Below are positions 40,300 to 49,515 of a stretch of 64,000 nt of DNA, one piece after another. The position numbers and the translations under genes are program-made. The stretch comes from Promethearchaeota archaeon (GTDB taxonomy: Archaea; Asgardarchaeota; Lokiarchaeia; Sigyniarchaeales; SOKP01). The DNA lies in the NCBI GenBank assembly GCA_029838195.1, contig JALGVJ010000014.1:32796-96795 (forward strand). The letters are read 5' to 3'. The notes beneath the pieces are model-generated. The model was not told where the DNA came from and made no database searches. It worked only from the letters and a program-made list of their open reading frames with translations. Within the stretch, counting starts at the first letter, position 1, and every line of letters starts with the position of its first letter.

Positions 40300-41880
40300 T
40301 TAAATATTAATAATTTCAATATTCTCAATGGGTTGTTTGAGGGGTAAATTGGACATGATAAAGAGAAAGTCATGGATTTTTAGCTCAATATCTTTTTGGA
40401 TGAGAGGTACAATTTTTTTAATAGTTCTAAAAATGGACCCTTTTTTATTATATATTGGAGGTAAAAACAAATTTGAAAATATAATGGGCTGAATGTCAGC
40501 ATTTATATTCACAGCAATATAGAAACTAATGATAAAAAATACCTTTTCGGGTGTAGTTAACCCTTGAAAAATGAGGTTTTCTTTATCATTTCGATTAAAT
40601 ATGAATCTTAAAAAAAGCTCTTCAAGGGAGTCATTAATCTCGATTTGAATTAGAACAGATAAATTAATTGAAGAAAGAAATTGATTACATGATTTTTCGA
40701 TGTTTTTCATAAAGGATTCAATTTCTTTAAATGCTTTAAACTTTTTATTAATTTGAGAAACGTTCCAAATTTCGTTTTGCTTTTTTATTTCCTCAAGAAT
40801 GGAGTTATTCAATTCCAATAATTGATTTTTTAAATTTATAATTCCGGCAATTGGAGAAATAATCGCTTCGGGGTAATTTTTTTTAATGCCTTTAATAGTG
40901 AGGGAGATTTCTTTTATCTCTTCTTCGATGACTGTTTTATTTCGAACAATTTTTATTTTATTAACGGTTTCAGCGGATAAATTAGAAATATTTTTATTTT
41001 TTAATAAGTGCTGTATTTCTCTTTTTAATTTAGAAATATTATCTAAATCTCTTTGGATGACCTCTTGTAGAGCATCATGATCCTTTTTTATTGCATCAAA
41101 AACTGGCTTTATTTTATTGAGTTTAAGAGAAATTTCGTTCAATTCTTTTTTAAATTGAGAGATTTCTCCTTGTAATTGTTTCGCTTCTTTTTGTAAAGCT
41201 CTAATTTTAGAGAAACGCGAAACATCACGTTCTTCAATAAATTCAAGAGGGAACTCGTCCTTGGAAGGTGTTGGAGGAGAATTGCTTTCTAATTCTCTCG
41301 TAAGAATGTTAATTTTTTTAAAGCATTCTTTTTTCTTATTATTTAATTCTTGAATTTTCAAGGTATATTTATTAATTTGATTTGTTAACTGTTCAATTCG
41401 ATTTTTTTGGTTCAAATAGTCTTCGAGGATATAATTTAATCTTTTTTTATTGGTAGCCAAACTTTCATTTAATTTATTCAATAAATCTGTTTTTGCCGAT
41501 AAATCTGAATAATTTTTTTTAATTTCTGCGAGAGATAGTTCATTTTTTAAGGTTTTTCTTTTGTATTCCAAGATTTGAAAAGTAAATAGGGCGTTTAATT
41601 TAGTTAAAAATTCTAGAAATTGATCACTAATCTTCAAAATATTATTAGAAATGAGTTGATATGCTTGGAATACTTGAGTGAATTCTGATGCTTGATTTAT
41701 TATATCATTTAATGTGAGATTAGAATTCTTCAGCTGAAGTAGTTTTTTAAGAGGTATTAAATGATATTCTTCATGTATTTCAAAATTTTTGAATTGGAGG
41801 ATATTATCAACATCTTGCCCCTTAAACGTGCCTAAAATTAAAGTTACTCGATTTTTGATATCTATTTTTTTTTCATTCAA
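40300..41880 (-). CDS. Degenerate short SMC-like coiled-coil protein
   Basis: Long central coiled coils; N-terminal VTLILGTFKGQ and C-terminal GLTTPEKVFFIISFYIA sit where Walker A and the LSGGE signature would be, but catalytic residues are lost. Confidence 0.55.
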   Translation of the reverse strand: MNEKKIDIKNRVTLILGTFKGQDVDNILQFKNFEIHEEYHLIPLKKLLQLKNSNLTLNDIINQASEFTQVFQAYQLISNNILKISDQFLEFLTKLNALFTFQILEYKRKTLKNELSLAEIKKNYSDLSAKTDLLNKLNESLATNKKRLNYILEDYLNQKNRIEQLTNQINKYTLKIQELNNKKKECFKKINILTRELESNSPPTPSKDEFPLEFIEERDVSRFSKIRALQKEAKQLQGEISQFKKELNEISLKLNKIKPVFDAIKKDHDALQEVIQRDLDNISKLKREIQHLLKNKNISNLSAETVNKIKIVRNKTVIEEEIKEISLTIKGIKKNYPEAIISPIAGIINLKNQLLELNNSILEEIKKQNEIWNVSQINKKFKAFKEIESFMKNIEKSCNQFLSSINLSVLIQIEINDSLEELFLRFIFNRNDKENLIFQGLTTPEKVFFIISFYIAVNINADIQPIIFSNLFLPPIYNKKGSIFRTIKKIVPLIQKDIELKIHDFLFIMSNLPLKQPIENIEIINI

Positions 41881-41923
41881 AATGATTTTAAATTTCCTTT
41901 CAGAGATTTTTTCTCACTTTTGC

Positions 41924-43036
41924 TCATTCTTTTTTAATTTTATCAATGAACCACTGGTATTCTTCTTTCTTTTCTTTTTTTCTTTTCCTTATGAGTTCAA
42001 GAGGATCTTGCTCATCTGGTTCTTGGAGCAAGTATTTATCTTGAAAACTTTTATCCAATTTTGATTTAAATTTTTCTATTTTTTCAGATATTTCTTTACT
42101 AATTTCGAACTCTTTTGAAGGAGACTCATTTTTTAATAATTCTGAGAGTTTGGGTCTATTTTTTCTTCTTTTTATTCTCTCAAATTCTTTTTTAGGTAAT
42201 TTTAAATACTCTTGATATATATCGCGTGGTTCTACATCTGTTGGGCGTTCTTGAGATTCTGGCTTAATTTCTTTTCCATATGGAAAGGGTAATTCTTTTC
42301 CTAAATCCAAATCAATAGATCTCGGTTGCTTATCAAGAGAATTAATAAATTCTTCAAAAGTGAGAGAGATATTCTCTTGAAGCTTTTCTTTAAAACTTTC
42401 GATGAGAACAGGTGGGGTCTCCTGTGGAACCGTTTTTAATTTTTTTTCTATTTTTTTCTTGATAATCGATTGATAAAAAGAGGAGAATTTTTTATTAATT
42501 GATTGAAAAATAGAGTTTTGAGTTAAAGAGTCAATAACATCTAACCATTGAGAGGGGGAAATGGATGAAATGATAGAAGGGTTTCTCACAATCTTGCTAA
42601 CTTTTTTATTTTCGATGTATTTTAAACCCAGAGTTCTGGTGATGGTGTATATCTCTTTTACGTTTTTTAATTCACTATTCAGATCTTTTTTATAAGAATG
42701 AATAAGCATGTCTCGAAATTCTTGAAATCTTTTTAATGCATTTTCAAAATAATTTGTTAAGTTCGAGTTAATCATTTTAAACAATTCAGAAAGGTCTTCA
42801 AGTTGTTCAAGAACCTCCGGATCATTAATGGATGGTTTTAAATCGTCGCTATATTTAAAAAAATTGTTCGATTCTGAAGTTATGACATTTAATTTATCTT
42901 GGATTAAGTAAAATGAGTCCGTCAAATTTTTTATTTTATTTAAATCAAATATATCTGTTTGTTCGCTCATGAGTTTTTTGTATTCTTGACAATTAATTTT
43001 ATTCAATAATTCATCAAATTTCAGGGGGGCCTTCAA
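41924..43036 (-). CDS. Hypothetical helical, charged protein
   Basis: 370-aa ORF overlapping the AAA gene stop; no motif recognised. Confidence 0.7.
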   Translation of the reverse strand: MKAPLKFDELLNKINCQEYKKLMSEQTDIFDLNKIKNLTDSFYLIQDKLNVITSESNNFFKYSDDLKPSINDPEVLEQLEDLSELFKMINSNLTNYFENALKRFQEFRDMLIHSYKKDLNSELKNVKEIYTITRTLGLKYIENKKVSKIVRNPSIISSISPSQWLDVIDSLTQNSIFQSINKKFSSFYQSIIKKKIEKKLKTVPQETPPVLIESFKEKLQENISLTFEEFINSLDKQPRSIDLDLGKELPFPYGKEIKPESQERPTDVEPRDIYQEYLKLPKKEFERIKRRKNRPKLSELLKNESPSKEFEISKEISEKIEKFKSKLDKSFQDKYLLQEPDEQDPLELIRKRKKEKKEEYQWFIDKIKKE

Positions 43037-44081
43037 TACTTAATTTAGACCTTTTAGATCTCAGATTATCTTCTCTGATCGTACTCAATAAATCTTGTCG
43101 ATTGACATGAATAGCCGTGCCACCCACGAGTTTAAGAGATTCATAAAACATATCATAAGTCAAGAGTCCCGTGTGAAATGCTTTAAATAAAGCGACTTTA
43201 ATACCTCTTTCAATATCAGAGCCCGAATAGCCTATAGTCAATTTTAATAGACCATCCTCGGCGTATCTTTTTTCAAATTCTTTCCATAGTAAATTATCCT
43301 CGAATTCAGAAATCTCATGTCCTAATTTTTTCGTTAAATCTTTTGAAATTTTTTCGATTTTCTCATGTTCTTCATTTAATCGTAAATAAATTGTTTCATC
43401 AATTCCGATTTTCATGTTTTTTAATTTATTTAAAAAGGATTCAATAATCTTTTTTCTTAATGTATAATTTGGAAAATCAAATTTTAGGTGAAATGTAAAG
43501 CGTCTCCAAATTGCCGAATCTAATTGGTTTTGATGGTTTGTTGCGCCAAAAATTGCCAATGGGATTCCCTCATAATTAATCCGATCAATTACCTGTAAAA
43601 AAGAGATCACTGCTCGTTTTATTTCTCCAACCTCGTGAATGTTTGATCTTTCAGACCCGATGGCATCAATCTCATCAAAAAACAAAACAAAGGCACCATT
43701 TTCTTTAGCAATTTCAGAAGCTAATTCCACTGCGTTTCTAATATTTTTTATAGTATCTCCTAATAATGGAGAGACCAATCTATCTGATTCAATCACGCAA
43801 ATGGGGATGTTATATTTTTTCGAGAATGCTCTTGTTAAGGAAGTTTTACCCGTTCCCGGGGGACCATAGAGCAAAACTGTAAAATTTGGAATAAGATTAC
43901 TCTTTTTAAATTGTTCGGAAATTTCCTCATATTTTTTTAAAGCTTTAAAAAAATCTTCTAATCTATCTTTCTTGCTTTCATTACCCAAAATATCATCAAT
44001 GGATTCTTTTATTTCTGAGGGTAAATAAACTGCACCATATTTTCCAAGACGTTCTTTTATCTCATCATCCGAGAATGTCAT
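43014..44081 (-). CDS. AAA+ ATPase (classical AAA clade, single domain)
   Basis: GPPGTGKT, FFDEIDAIG, ATNHQNQLDSAIWRRF, GYSGSDIE. Confidence 0.9.
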   Translation of the reverse strand: MTFSDDEIKERLGKYGAVYLPSEIKESIDDILGNESKKDRLEDFFKALKKYEEISEQFKKSNLIPNFTVLLYGPPGTGKTSLTRAFSKKYNIPICVIESDRLVSPLLGDTIKNIRNAVELASEIAKENGAFVLFFDEIDAIGSERSNIHEVGEIKRAVISFLQVIDRINYEGIPLAIFGATNHQNQLDSAIWRRFTFHLKFDFPNYTLRKKIIESFLNKLKNMKIGIDETIYLRLNEEHEKIEKISKDLTKKLGHEISEFEDNLLWKEFEKRYAEDGLLKLTIGYSGSDIERGIKVALFKAFHTGLLTYDMFYESLKLVGGTAIHVNRQDLLSTIREDNLRSKRSKLSIEGPPEI

Positions 44082-44118
44082 TTTATTTCATTTTTTTCTT
44101 ATTTATTTTCATGTATAA

Positions 44119-45369
44119 TTAATTTTCTAAAGTATTACAATATTCTGCTATTTCTATTATTAAATCTTTAAGGTTGTCAATTTGAGCTCCAATAAAATTA
44201 AAGATTTCTTTTCTATATTGGGGGGAATCTCGAATTTTTGTTTTATCCAAACCCAAATAATTCGGAAAACAAATTAATTTCATTAAATAAGGAAGAACTT
44301 TTTCATTTGTCTGTAAATCCTTGAAAATGGAGTAAAAAATATTTTCTTCCGATAATTTCCATTTTAAAATTCCCATGTAAATTAAAAAAGCAAAATTCAT
44401 AGTAATCCAATTGATTAATTCTTTAGAAAGAAAGCCTCTTCTAAAGGAAGCGAAAGCAAGATAATATAAAATTAAAGTTTCATTACTAAATTGAGGAATT
44501 AATCGAATGGTATTATCGGACTGTTTGAGTTCTCTTAAAAAATTGTTTGTTTTCAAAATAAGAAGAAAATCTTTCCGTGGAGCTAAAAAGATTCCATCTA
44601 CTACTTCTAAACCGAAACATTCCGCTATTTTATCAATCGCTTCTTCTTCAGCATTAGCTATGGAATCAATGAAAGGCGAAAAGACCTCATTTTTTAGGAT
44701 CATGGGAATCTCAATTTTTTCTTCACTTGAAGAATTTCCGTAGTTAGGGTCTAAATTGAATAATGACGTAATGTTATTGATGAGTTTATATACGTTCGGT
44801 GTCATTCCTGGGATCATGAAAAAATCAGGATTATCCAATTTTTCTCGATAATGAGTATGAGGCATTAACAAGTGCCTTTGACATTCATAAAATCGTGGTG
44901 CGTGTTTAAGGGCTTTTTCATAAATTTCTTGAACAGAACGTCCTCGGGGAAAAATGATTTCTTCAATAAATTTTACTAATTTGTATAAGTAGGTATTATT
45001 AAAATTTTTTTCATCGGGGTTTGTTATGTTTTGTAAAATGGTCAGAGCATCTATTGACTCTTGAAGAAAATCAATGATGTAATCTTTTATGTCAATCATG
45101 GGAATTCGTTCACGATATTTTAGAATAAAATCTTTTATGATTTCGTATACATTTGTCCTATACATCGCAGAGAATTCTGATAACGCCCTAACTTTACGTA
45201 TATTTCTTTTCTCTTCTTCTTGTCGGATTTTATCTAAAATTTCTAAATCCATTAAAAGATCCGGATCTAAATCACTTATTATTCTCCGTGTTTCTCTTAA
45301 TATGGGACGCATGTGACTGATGAATGTTAAATAACGGGGAAAGATATCATTCCACTTTTCTCTTACCAT
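44119..45369 (-). CDS. Hypothetical protein
   Basis: 416-aa ORF in a co-oriented cluster. Confidence 0.75.
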   Translation of the reverse strand: MVREKWNDIFPRYLTFISHMRPILRETRRIISDLDPDLLMDLEILDKIRQEEEKRNIRKVRALSEFSAMYRTNVYEIIKDFILKYRERIPMIDIKDYIIDFLQESIDALTILQNITNPDEKNFNNTYLYKLVKFIEEIIFPRGRSVQEIYEKALKHAPRFYECQRHLLMPHTHYREKLDNPDFFMIPGMTPNVYKLINNITSLFNLDPNYGNSSSEEKIEIPMILKNEVFSPFIDSIANAEEEAIDKIAECFGLEVVDGIFLAPRKDFLLILKTNNFLRELKQSDNTIRLIPQFSNETLILYYLAFASFRRGFLSKELINWITMNFAFLIYMGILKWKLSEENIFYSIFKDLQTNEKVLPYLMKLICFPNYLGLDKTKIRDSPQYRKEIFNFIGAQIDNLKDLIIEIAEYCNTLEN

Positions 45370-45405
45370 TTTTACTCCAGAATTTTTTAATTATTAGTTT
45401 ATAGA

Positions 45406-46557
45406 TCATATTTCATTTCGGGAATCGGCCCCTACAATTATTTCTGTAAATATATTCGAGATTTCTACGAAAATGGGGATCTCAACTCTACAAAGATTTC
45501 CAAGAATCCATCGATTAACATCTTTGAGGAGGAAACGTACTTGTTTATGAATTCTTTTATTAATATCTGAATCGATCACGTGAGACAACCATAAGCCCCC
45601 ACCAATTCGATAAGCGACGATTTTTATTAAAGGTTCAAAAAGAGAGGATAAAACCTGCTTTAACAACCAGGATTTTGGTATCACGCTCATGTTTTTTTCA
45701 TTAAAACTTGGATCTCGTAAAATTGGATTGGTTTCATCAACCGATAATTTTGGCATGAAACTCAATAATAAAATCAAGGCAAAAATAGCCGAAATTCCGT
45801 TAATTGTATATGTTCCTCCGATTTTATCGGGATTGTCTCTATTTATTGCCAAATTAGCCAAGAACATGCAGATGAAGACATTTCTATCGAATTCTGGGGA
45901 AACATATGCATATCCTAATTCTTCATCAATGATCATATATTTTTCTTCTAAAATTTTAAGTATCTCATCGGGAAAAGTATAAAACGTGTATACTTTTTCT
46001 TCACTCTTTCTTTTATCTTTTTTCACGACTAATTCTTTAGCCACCAACCCAAATAAATTAACTAGTTCTTCCAGTTGTTTTTTGACATAATGTCTTGGCT
46101 TATTAGGATTTCCAAACATGGCATAAAATTGATGATCCACTATATGAAAATCATTTCTACTACTGAATGCTTCCACCATCCTATCTATTACAGGCCCCTG
46201 AAAACCAGAGATGATCGCTTTAGCTTTACTGGCAATAAATCCATTTAATAATTCATTAATGATGAAATCTTGTTCATGAGTTCTAGATTTTAATACGAGC
46301 TTAAATGCTTCAGTAAAATCTCTAGTATTCGGAAAAAATGCATTTTGAATCTTTAAATCAATTGCTTCTTTAAATATTTGTCCTTGATTTCTTGGAAAAT
46401 GTGTTTTCATGGTTTCTAATCTTTGTAACAAAGCTTCTTTTGCGCCAGGGATATTTTCTACATCTCGTTTTTTTAATTCTTCAATGGCTTTATTTACCCC
46501 AACTTTGAAATCATTTAATAATTTATCCCACGTCGGATCAGTTTTTTCTCGTGCCAT
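45406..46557 (-). CDS. Hypothetical protein
   Basis: 383-aa ORF in a co-oriented cluster. Confidence 0.75.
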   Translation of the reverse strand: MAREKTDPTWDKLLNDFKVGVNKAIEELKKRDVENIPGAKEALLQRLETMKTHFPRNQGQIFKEAIDLKIQNAFFPNTRDFTEAFKLVLKSRTHEQDFIINELLNGFIASKAKAIISGFQGPVIDRMVEAFSSRNDFHIVDHQFYAMFGNPNKPRHYVKKQLEELVNLFGLVAKELVVKKDKRKSEEKVYTFYTFPDEILKILEEKYMIIDEELGYAYVSPEFDRNVFICMFLANLAINRDNPDKIGGTYTINGISAIFALILLLSFMPKLSVDETNPILRDPSFNEKNMSVIPKSWLLKQVLSSLFEPLIKIVAYRIGGGLWLSHVIDSDINKRIHKQVRFLLKDVNRWILGNLCRVEIPIFVEISNIFTEIIVGADSRNEI

Positions 46558-46575
46558 TTTCCTTTTTCTCTTTTT

Positions 46576-47547
46576 TTATATTTTCCAATTCATTTCTTTA
46601 GCGATAATTTTTAATGCATCAATTAAAGGAGGTAGCAATTCTTTATTGTAGATATTCGGTGACCCCGTTCCTTTTTTCACTTGCCAGCCCATTTTTATGC
46701 CTTCTCCAATTTCCCCTCTCCCTTTTTTTAGAATTTCTCCTAGGTTGCGCGTCCACCAATAAAAACGGAGCCATTTTTTATTTGGATTTTCAACGGAATA
46801 AATTACAACTACCGCTTTCCATTCTCCCATTAACCATTTGATCGTGATTCCATTTACCGGCATGTAATAGTTTATAGGAAAGTTTGAATGAAATCGCATG
46901 TCCATATCCGCCGGATCTATATTGAAAATAGGTTGATTATATCCTTCCAAAATCACGATTTCACCGCAGTGAGGACATTCATAATGTGCCTTCATTTTTT
47001 CCATTTTCTTATTACATTTCGGGCAAGTATTATTTTCAAGAATTCGCCATTTCAGTATTTCTAATTTTTTTTCCCTTTCGAGTTGTTCTTCTGTTTTTTT
47101 CCCCCTTCTATCATATTTTCCAATAAATTTCCAGTAGGGATCATAATTTTGATCGATCTTTTTTAATGCTCCGATCAAATTTTTCAACACGTAATCTTCG
47201 TGTATTTTAATCATAGCCGCATGACGATAAAACGGTTGTTTCCACCATGATAAACGGACATACCGTTCTCCCTTTAATAAAGGATTTCTGCATGCTAATA
47301 CCCCTAGCATTCTATTTTCTGTCTTATTCACGATTACACCTGATTCTGCGATTTCATATTGCTTATTCAAGGAGGCATGTTCATGAAACCATTCACCGTC
47401 TATTAACGTGCCGGTTGAAACCTTTTCCTTTTTGCTTTCTTTTTCTACTTCTACTGTTTCGTCTTTTCTAATCTTTTTGCAATTTGGACATTGATAAATA
47501 TTTGAAACCAATAATTCCATTTCAATATTACATGCGGGGCACTTCAT
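46576..47547 (-). CDS. Protein with duplicated (Zn ribbon + RxxWW domain) architecture
   Basis: CPAC..CPNC then YVRLSWWK...LIGALKKI; CPKC..CPHC then WLRFYWWT...LIDALKII. Confidence 0.75.
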   Translation of the reverse strand: MKCPACNIEMELLVSNIYQCPNCKKIRKDETVEVEKESKKEKVSTGTLIDGEWFHEHASLNKQYEIAESGVIVNKTENRMLGVLACRNPLLKGERYVRLSWWKQPFYRHAAMIKIHEDYVLKNLIGALKKIDQNYDPYWKFIGKYDRRGKKTEEQLEREKKLEILKWRILENNTCPKCNKKMEKMKAHYECPHCGEIVILEGYNQPIFNIDPADMDMRFHSNFPINYYMPVNGITIKWLMGEWKAVVVIYSVENPNKKWLRFYWWTRNLGEILKKGRGEIGEGIKMGWQVKKGTGSPNIYNKELLPPLIDALKIIAKEMNWKI

Positions 47548-47574
47548 GATTAAACCATCTTTTGTTTTAAAAAG

Positions 47575-48666
47575 CTATTCATTCATTAATAATAAGCGTT
47601 CAAAATCTAAATTCAATAATTTAACTTTTTTTTTAGTTAATGATGACACGTATTTATTAATGGGTATGATTTGATTTCTAAGTTTTATGAGTTTCTCTTT
47701 AATTTTATCAATGACATCCTCTTCATTAAATGAGACCAACTCGATAAATCGTAAATAATCATATTTTTTCTTCTTCCCGGCGTAATAATTTTTTAATTGT
47801 TCAAGTTCTTCATTAATGTTTTCTACTTCTTTCCGATGTGTAATTAAATTCATTAGAGTTTCATGCCATTTTAAATATAAGGGGTCATTTTTATTTACTT
47901 TTTCAGTTTCAAATTTTTCAGAAAGTTTAATTTTTTGATCTTTTAAATATTTAATTACATCCTTATTTTCTTCTAATGCTTTAGTAATTTGCTTCATTGT
48001 TGTTTTACTTATTAAAATAGGATCAAAAATTCCTAAAAATTCATCAATTTTATTTTGAATTTCGACAACTCTTACTTGGAATCCCTCAATCGTATGCTCT
48101 ATTTTAAGGGCTTGATATACATTGCCATATTCCTCCAAAATATTATATAATTCATCCGAAAGAGTATAATCTTCTTCTTTCATTTCAAAGATGAATGGAT
48201 GTATAGTGCCTGAGGATTGACATCGAATACTTTTTAACCGAGTAATTGAAAGATTGAACATTCGCCTCGTCAAGGATTTAAACTTTTTCGAAATAAAAGA
48301 AAATAACGTATCTCCAGGAACTATAATCGTATTATTTTCTATGATGATAGGATCACAAAATCTAATTATGAAATCCTCATCTTTTTGTTCAAATTCTCTT
48401 ACAGTTCTAATATTTCTTATAAACCCTAGATCTATCGCAATCTCGATGAATTCCGGGTCCCAAAAGGTCAAAAGGTTTCCCTTATAAACTTCATCTAACA
48501 TCATTACTCTCTCATATGAATCAATAAGACGTTTATCACTGAGGTCTTTAAATAAATCATTTCTAATCACATATAAGAAAAGAATAATGTATCGCATGGA
48601 AAAATCATCCAAGATTCTAATAATGAGATCCTTATCATGTTCTAAAGATAATTCACGATGTTCCAT
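47575..48666 (-). CDS. Hypothetical protein with C-terminal coiled coil
   Basis: 363-aa ORF, first gene of the cluster. Confidence 0.75.
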   Translation of the reverse strand: MEHRELSLEHDKDLIIRILDDFSMRYIILFLYVIRNDLFKDLSDKRLIDSYERVMMLDEVYKGNLLTFWDPEFIEIAIDLGFIRNIRTVREFEQKDEDFIIRFCDPIIIENNTIIVPGDTLFSFISKKFKSLTRRMFNLSITRLKSIRCQSSGTIHPFIFEMKEEDYTLSDELYNILEEYGNVYQALKIEHTIEGFQVRVVEIQNKIDEFLGIFDPILISKTTMKQITKALEENKDVIKYLKDQKIKLSEKFETEKVNKNDPLYLKWHETLMNLITHRKEVENINEELEQLKNYYAGKKKKYDYLRFIELVSFNEEDVIDKIKEKLIKLRNQIIPINKYVSSLTKKKVKLLNLDFERLLLMNE

Positions 48667-48887
48667 AGAGATCCCAAATCTATTTCTCTTTAATAGTACA
48701 TTTAAATTGTATTAAATAAAAAAAAGCATGGAAGAAAGTGAAGCATTCCTAAAAAATTTTTGGTTTTCGTGGTGTTTTAGTAATCTGGTTAAATTTTCAT
48801 TACAAAAAATATTTTAGGTTAAATTTCTATTTATTTATTAAAGGATAATTTGAATTATTTTTATGAACAAAAAAGAAGGGTGATTTT

Positions 48888-49478
48888 ATGGGTCGAAGAA
48901 AAAGAAAACAACAGACTTACAAGAGAGTTAAACGAGTGCCTAAAATATTCACTTGTCCTAGTTGCGGGGAAAAAGCTGTTAAAGTGACAGACTTAAAAGG
49001 AGGGAAGCCTTTTGCTACGGTAAAATGTGGGAAATGTGGGCTTACTAAGGAGGTCATGGTAAATTCTATTTCAGAACCCGTAGATGCATTCGGTGATTTT
49101 ATTGATATCTATTATGCAGATCAGGAATTGATGCGATTGGAGAAACGGATAAAGAAGCTTAAAGAGGAAGGAGAATGGGGTGAATTAGCTCTTTCATATT
49201 CCATTTTATCCGATCTTTGTAGAACAAAAGCAGCTCTTTTATTAGAAGAAGAAGATGTAGATATGGAGGTAGTAAACGAGTGGAAAATGAGAGCCGAGAA
49301 ATATAAGAAACTTGAGAAAGATGCTTTATTAAATTTAGATTCTGAAGAATTAGAAAGACGCTCTTCCGTGAGAACGGATGAAGAAAGCTTATTTTCAGAA
49401 CATGAAGAGGGAGGAGGCATTCGTCGGGAGAAAAAAATTGATCAAGTATTTGATGATCCGGGTTTTCTTGAATTTTAA
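48888..49478 (+). CDS. elf1: Transcription elongation factor Elf1 homolog with long C-terminal extension
   Basis: MGRRKRK..FTCPSC..CGKC..EPVDAFGDFID. Confidence 0.85.
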   Translation: MGRRKRKQQTYKRVKRVPKIFTCPSCGEKAVKVTDLKGGKPFATVKCGKCGLTKEVMVNSISEPVDAFGDFIDIYYADQELMRLEKRIKKLKEEGEWGELALSYSILSDLCRTKAALLLEEEDVDMEVVNEWKMRAEKYKKLEKDALLNLDSEELERRSSVRTDEESLFSEHEEGGGIRREKKIDQVFDDPGFLEF

Positions 49479-49515
49479 AAGGTGAAAAAGAAAGTATCTT
49501 AAGAAACTTGCGATT

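Noticed and set aside
43014-44081. Vps4/CdvC assignment for the AAA ATPase
   Set aside because: No MIT domain, no aromatic pore-loop motif, and no recognisable ESCRT-III neighbours
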